Positions 59,021 through 64,000 of a DNA stretch of 64,000 nucleotides are shown piece after piece; within the stretch, counting starts at the first letter, position 1, and each line of letters begins with the position of its first letter. The stretch lies in the sequence record NC_054921.1. One strand, written 5' to 3'. The position numbers and the translations under genes are program-made. The notes below the pieces were generated by a model. It saw only the letters and a list, made by a program, of their open reading frames with translations. It did no database searches and was not told the origin of the DNA. The stretch is from Escherichia phage vB_EcoM_IME537.

Positions 59021-59887
59021 ATGTTCATTCAAGAACCAAAGAAATTGATTGATACCGGCGAAATTGGTAACGCTTCTACTGGTGATATCTTATTCGACGG
59101 TGGTAATAAAATTAATAGTGATTTTAATGCAATTTATAACGCGTTTGGCGATCAGCGTAAAATGGCAGTAGCAAATGGAACTGGAGCAGATGGCCAAATT
59201 ATCCATGCTACTGGATATTATCAAAAACACTCTATTGCAGAGTACGCAACTCCAGTAAAAGTTGGCACTAGGCATGATATTGATACCTCTACTGTAGGTG
59301 TTAAAGTTATCATTGAAAGAGGCGAACTCGGCGATTGTGTTGAATTCATTAACTCTAATGGATCAATATCAGTTACTAATCCTTTGACAATTCAAGCTAT
59401 TGATTCAATTAAAGGTGTTTCAGGTAATTTGGTAGTAACTAGCCCATATAGTAAAGTTACTTTACGTTGTATTTCATCTGATAATTCTACGTCAGTTTGG
59501 AATTATTCTATTGAAAGTATGTTTGGCCAAAAGGAATCACCGGCCGAAGGTACATGGAATATTTCTACATCTGGGTCAGTTGACATTCCATTATTTCATC
59601 GTACTGAATATAACATGGCTAAATTGTTAGTTACATGCCAATCAGTAGATGGAAGAAAAATTAAAACGGCAGAAATAAATATTCTTGTAGATACTGTTAA
59701 TTCAGCGGTCATTTCTTCTGAATATGCTGTCATGCGAGTTGGGAATGAAACCGAAGAAGACGAAATCGCTAATATTGCATTTAGTATTAAAGAAAATTAT
59801 GTAACGGCGACTATAAGTTCTTCAACTGTCGGTATGAGAGCAGCAGTTAAAGTTATCGCTACGCAGAAAATCGGGGTGGCTCAATAA
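59021..59887 (+). CDS. 9: baseplate wedge / long-tail-fibre connector gp9
   Basis: 288-aa ORF. Confidence 0.9.
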   Translation: MFIQEPKKLIDTGEIGNASTGDILFDGGNKINSDFNAIYNAFGDQRKMAVANGTGADGQIIHATGYYQKHSIAEYATPVKVGTRHDIDTSTVGVKVIIERGELGDCVEFINSNGSISVTNPLTIQAIDSIKGVSGNLVVTSPYSKVTLRCISSDNSTSVWNYSIESMFGQKESPAEGTWNISTSGSVDIPLFHRTEYNMAKLLVTCQSVDGRKIKTAEINILVDTVNSAVISSEYAVMRVGNETEEDEIANIAFSIKENYVTATISSSTVGMRAAVKVIATQKIGVAQ

Positions 59888-61692
59888 TGAAACAAAATAT
59901 TAATATCGGTAATGTTGTTGATGATGGTACCGGTGACTACCTGCGTAAAGGTGGTATAAAAATAAATGAAAACTTTGATGAACTTTATTATGAACTTGGT
60001 GATGGAGATGTTCCATATTCAGCCGGTGCCTGGAAAACTTATGATGCTTCATCTGGACAAACACTAACGGCAGAATGGGGAAAATCATATGCCATTAATA
60101 CTTCGTCTGGAAGAGTAACTCTACAACTTCCTAAAGGAACTGTTAATGATTACAACAAGGTAATTAGAGCTAGAGACGTATTCGCTACATGGAACATCAA
60201 TCCAGTTACTTTAGTAGCTGCTTCCGGAGATACAATTAAAGGGTCGTCATCGTCAGTTGAAATTAATATTCAATTTAGTGATTTAGAGCTCGTTTATTGC
60301 GCTCCAGGACGTTGGGAATATGTCAAAAACAAACAAATTGACAAAATTGTTAGTTCAGATATTAGTAATGTAGCTCGCAAAGAATTTTTAGTTGAAGTTC
60401 AAGGACAAACTGACTTTTTAGATGTTTTCAATGGAACTAGTTATAATGTCAATAACATCAGAGTAAAACATCGTGGTAACGAATTGTATTACGGTGATGT
60501 ATTTAGCGAAAATAGTGACTTTGGCTCTCCGGGCGAAAATGAAGGCGAATTAGTTCCTCTTGATGGATTTAATATTCGATTAAGACAGCCTTGTAATATT
60601 GGTGACACCGTTCAAATTGAAACATTTATGGATGGTGTATCACAATGGAGAAGTTCATATACAAGACGCCAAATAAAAGTACTAGATTCAAAACTAACAT
60701 CAAAGACTTCTTTAGAAGGAAGCATTTATGTTACTGATTTATCGGCGATGAAATCAATTCCATTTTCTGCATTTGGATTAATTCCTGGTGAACCCATTAA
60801 TCCTAATTCTCTTGAGGTTCGTTTTAATGGAATTTTACAGCAGCAGGCTGGAACCGCTGGATATCCTCTGTTTTTGTGTGAAGGCGCTAGTTCAGATACG
60901 CGAGAAGGTTGTATATCTCTTGGTGGTGAATGGAAAGAATCAAACACAGATTATTCTATAGAATATGAAGATGGAAAACCTACCAGTCTTTTATTTGATA
61001 GAAAATTTGAATCAGGTGATATAATCGTTATAACGTGGTTCAATAATGATTTAGGAACTCTTTTAGAAAAAGATGACATTATTGAATTAACGGATGACCG
61101 TTATGTTAGCAAAGGATCATCTACCGAAGTTACTGGTGATGTAGCCTTAACAGATTTTGATAAAATCGGTTGGCCAAATGTTGAAAAAGTTGATTCTTAT
61201 ACTAGAATGTATAATTCAATATCATCTATTTTCGACAGCATTTATCCTGTTGGTTCAATTTATGAAAATGCTATAAATCCAAATAATCCGGTGACTTATA
61301 TGGGATTTGGTTCATGGAAATTATTTGGTAAAGGACAAGTTTTAGTAGGATGGAATGATGATGTTACGGATCCAAACTTTGCTTTAAACAATAATGATTT
61401 AGATTCTAGCGGAAATCCTTCACATACTGCCGGTGGAACAGTTGGAACAACATCGGTGACACTTGAGAACGCAAATCTTCCTGCGACTAAAACTGATGAA
61501 AAAGTTTTAATTGAAGATGAAAACGGATCAGTTATTATTGGAGGTTGTCAATATGACCCAGACGAAACTGGTCCTATATATACAAAATATCGTGAAGACT
61601 ACGCAACAACAAACTCTTCACATACTCCTCCTACTAATATTAGTAATATTCAACCGTCTATTACTGTATACCGTTGGATAAGGATTGCATAA
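59887..61692 (+). CDS. 10: baseplate wedge subunit and tail pin gp10
   Basis: 601-aa ORF. Confidence 0.9.
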   Translation: MKQNINIGNVVDDGTGDYLRKGGIKINENFDELYYELGDGDVPYSAGAWKTYDASSGQTLTAEWGKSYAINTSSGRVTLQLPKGTVNDYNKVIRARDVFATWNINPVTLVAASGDTIKGSSSSVEINIQFSDLELVYCAPGRWEYVKNKQIDKIVSSDISNVARKEFLVEVQGQTDFLDVFNGTSYNVNNIRVKHRGNELYYGDVFSENSDFGSPGENEGELVPLDGFNIRLRQPCNIGDTVQIETFMDGVSQWRSSYTRRQIKVLDSKLTSKTSLEGSIYVTDLSAMKSIPFSAFGLIPGEPINPNSLEVRFNGILQQQAGTAGYPLFLCEGASSDTREGCISLGGEWKESNTDYSIEYEDGKPTSLLFDRKFESGDIIVITWFNNDLGTLLEKDDIIELTDDRYVSKGSSTEVTGDVALTDFDKIGWPNVEKVDSYTRMYNSISSIFDSIYPVGSIYENAINPNNPVTYMGFGSWKLFGKGQVLVGWNDDVTDPNFALNNNDLDSSGNPSHTAGGTVGTTSVTLENANLPATKTDEKVLIEDENGSVIIGGCQYDPDETGPIYTKYREDYATTNSSHTPPTNISNIQPSITVYRWIRIA

Positions 61693-62351
61693 TGAGTTTA
61701 CTTAATAATAAAGCGGGAGTTATTTCCCGCTTAGCAGATTTTCTTGGTTTTAGAACTAAGAAAAATGATATTTCGGTTATGAATAATCAGCCAGTAGGCG
61801 CTGTAACAATTTCACAAATAGCAAAGGGTTTTTATGACCCAAATGTAGAATCTGCTATCAATGATGTTAGAAATATGGCAGAGCAACAAGTTGGAGCTGT
61901 ATTAGTTAATATAAGCGGCGTATCTCCTACTGGCGTGCAGCAAACAGACTATTGGTCATTTGAAGGAACTGTTACTGATACTTCAGCTAAACCCGGAGAC
62001 CCAGTTATTGTTAACATGTTTGGCATTCCTGTTAAAGCTACCAACGGAATGACTTCAATCGAATTTACCAGTGCCGTTAGAACAGCTCTACAGGAAATGG
62101 TTGCAAAATTTATTGCAATTGATTCATTTGAAGACCATCCTACCATAGGAAATAAAATACAAGTTAAGTATTTAGATAACCAAGAACATATCTTAGAACA
62201 ATACTCTGATAAAGGAATTACTTTCAAACAGGAAATAATTTCTCCTTCTAAACCTGGATACGGAACTTGGCAATTATTAGGTGCGCAAACTGTCACGCTA
62301 GATAGTCACACACAACCTACGGTATTTTATTATTTTGAGAGAATAGCATGA
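61692..62351 (+). CDS. 11: baseplate wedge subunit and tail pin gp11
   Basis: 219 aa from ATG 61692 (MSLLNNK), overlapping the gp10 stop. Confidence 0.85.
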   Translation: MSLLNNKAGVISRLADFLGFRTKKNDISVMNNQPVGAVTISQIAKGFYDPNVESAINDVRNMAEQQVGAVLVNISGVSPTGVQQTDYWSFEGTVTDTSAKPGDPVIVNMFGIPVKATNGMTSIEFTSAVRTALQEMVAKFIAIDSFEDHPTIGNKIQVKYLDNQEHILEQYSDKGITFKQEIISPSKPGYGTWQLLGAQTVTLDSHTQPTVFYYFERIA

Positions 62352-63898
62352 GTAACAATACATATCAGCACGTATCAAATGAATCAAAATATGTTAAATT
62401 CGATCCTACTGGATCGAATTTTCCTGACACTGTCACGACAGTGCAGTCTGCATTATCAAAAATAAGTAATATCGGTGTAAATGGTATTCCTGATGCAACT
62501 ATGGAAGTTAAAGGAATAGCAATGATTGCGTCAGAGCAAGAGGTTTTAGATGGAACTAATAATTCTAAAATCGTTACACCAGCTACATTAGCAACAAGAT
62601 TATTGTATCCAAATGCTACTGAAACTAAGTATGGTTTAACGCGCTATTCAACAAATGAAGAAACATTAGAAGGCTCAGATAATAATTCATCAATAACGCC
62701 GCAAAAACTGAAATACCATACTGACGATGTGTTCCAAAATAGATATTCGTCTGAGTCATCAAACGGGGTTATTAAAATATCATCTACACCTGCAGCTTTA
62801 GCTGGAGTTGATGATACTACAGCAATGACTCCATTAAAAACGCAAAAACTTGCAATAAAATTAATTTCACAAATAGCTCCTTCCGAAGATACTGCATCAG
62901 AATCTGTGAGAGGTGTAGTTCAATTATCTACTGTTGCGCAAACTCGTCAAGGAACTCTCCGCGAAGGATATGCAATTTCTCCGTATACCTTTATGAATTC
63001 TGTTGCAACACAAGAATATAAGGGTGTTATACGTTTAGGAACACAATCAGAAATTAACAGTAATTTGGGAGATGTTGCAGTAACAGGTGAAACACTAAAT
63101 GGTCGAGGAGCTACTGGTTCTATGCGTGGAGTAGTTAAATTAACGACGCAAGCCGGTATTGCCCCTGAAGGTGATAGCTCTGGTGCATTAGCATGGAACG
63201 CAGATGTAATTAATACTCGTGGTGGACAAACTATTAATGGTTCTTTAAATTTAGACCATCTTACAGCAAACGGAATTTGGTCGCGTGGCGGAATGTGGAA
63301 AAATGGCGATCAACCTGTTGCCACTGAAAGATATGCGTCCGAAAGAGTTCCAGTTGGAACTATTATGATGTTTGCGGGAGATTCAGCACCTCCGGGTTGG
63401 ATTATGTGCCACGGTGGAACAGTGTCAGGAGATCAATATCCTGATTATAGAAACACAGTTGGAACAAGATTTGGTGGGGATTGGAATAATCCAGGGATTC
63501 CTGACATGCGAGGTCTTTTTGTTAGAGGAGCTGGCACGGGCGGTCATATTTTAAATCAACGTGGACAAGATGGTTATGGGAAGGATAGACTTGGTGTAGG
63601 ATGCGACGGAATGCATGTTGGTGGCGTTCAGGCACAACAAATGTCATACCATAAACACGCTGGTGGTTGGGGGGAATATAACAGAAGTGAAGGCCCATTT
63701 GGCGCGTCTGTTTATCAAGGATATCTTGGAACTAGAAAATATTCCGACTGGGACAATGCTTCATACTTCACCAATGATGGATTTGAATTAGGTGGACCGA
63801 GAGATGCCCTTGGTACACTTAATCGTGAAGGATTAATTGGTTATGAAACTAGACCATGGAATATATCATTAAACTATATTATTAAAATTCATTACTAA
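62348..63898 (+). CDS. 12: short tail fibre gp12
   Basis: 516-aa ORF; repeat-rich. Confidence 0.88.
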   Translation: MSNNTYQHVSNESKYVKFDPTGSNFPDTVTTVQSALSKISNIGVNGIPDATMEVKGIAMIASEQEVLDGTNNSKIVTPATLATRLLYPNATETKYGLTRYSTNEETLEGSDNNSSITPQKLKYHTDDVFQNRYSSESSNGVIKISSTPAALAGVDDTTAMTPLKTQKLAIKLISQIAPSEDTASESVRGVVQLSTVAQTRQGTLREGYAISPYTFMNSVATQEYKGVIRLGTQSEINSNLGDVAVTGETLNGRGATGSMRGVVKLTTQAGIAPEGDSSGALAWNADVINTRGGQTINGSLNLDHLTANGIWSRGGMWKNGDQPVATERYASERVPVGTIMMFAGDSAPPGWIMCHGGTVSGDQYPDYRNTVGTRFGGDWNNPGIPDMRGLFVRGAGTGGHILNQRGQDGYGKDRLGVGCDGMHVGGVQAQQMSYHKHAGGWGEYNRSEGPFGASVYQGYLGTRKYSDWDNASYFTNDGFELGGPRDALGTLNREGLIGYETRPWNISLNYIIKIHY

Positions 63899-63907
63899 GG
63901 ATTACAA

Positions 63908-64000
63908 ATGATTGAATTAAAAGAGTTACCTTTTGTTGATAGCGTTCCTGGCGAAGGCCAGGAACGTATTTCATGGATTAAAAACGGTGAAGAAATACTA
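63908..64000 (+). CDS. wac: fibritin (whisker) Wac, N-terminal fragment cut by the window end
   Basis: SD AAGGA; begins MIELKELPFVDSVPGEGQERISWIKNGEEIL. Confidence 0.7.
   Translation, partial: MIELKELPFVDSVPGEGQERISWIKNGEEIL

Overview
This window is a T4-like (T-even, Tevenvirinae) phage genome segment, co-linear with T4 from gene 43 through the start of wac. Positions 1-49703 carry early/middle genes on the minus strand: partial DNA polymerase gp43, regA, clamp loader 62/44, clamp 45, rpbA, 46/47, a-gt, gp55, nrdH-like, nrdG, an intron-split nrdD with I-TevII, endonuclease VII, nrdC, rI, tk, vs, regB, lysozyme e, nudE, eight tRNAs with segB, 57B/57A and genes 1, 3, 2, 4. Positions 49751-64000 carry late baseplate genes on the plus strand (53, 5, 5.1, 5.4, 6-12, start of wac). 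Calls rest on reading the supplied ORF translations against remembered T4 proteins, on start-codon and Shine-Dalgarno inspection, and on hand-folding of tRNAs and hairpins; no database search was run, and hand-derived coordinates may be off by 1-2 nt. Note that 'M' in the supplied ORF track is sometimes GTG or TTG, so several starts were moved to an internal ATG with a Shine-Dalgarno. Core proteins look near-identical to T4, but the hyperplastic loci differ: denV/ipII/ipIII are replaced by one internal-protein-like gene, and an extra such gene sits between terminator direct repeats. The most interesting unexplained content is a tandem array of four paralogous coiled-coil proteins, an ATPase/DUF4031-like/nucleotidyltransferase cluster, and a frameshifted paralog pair, all in the nrdC-rI accessory region.
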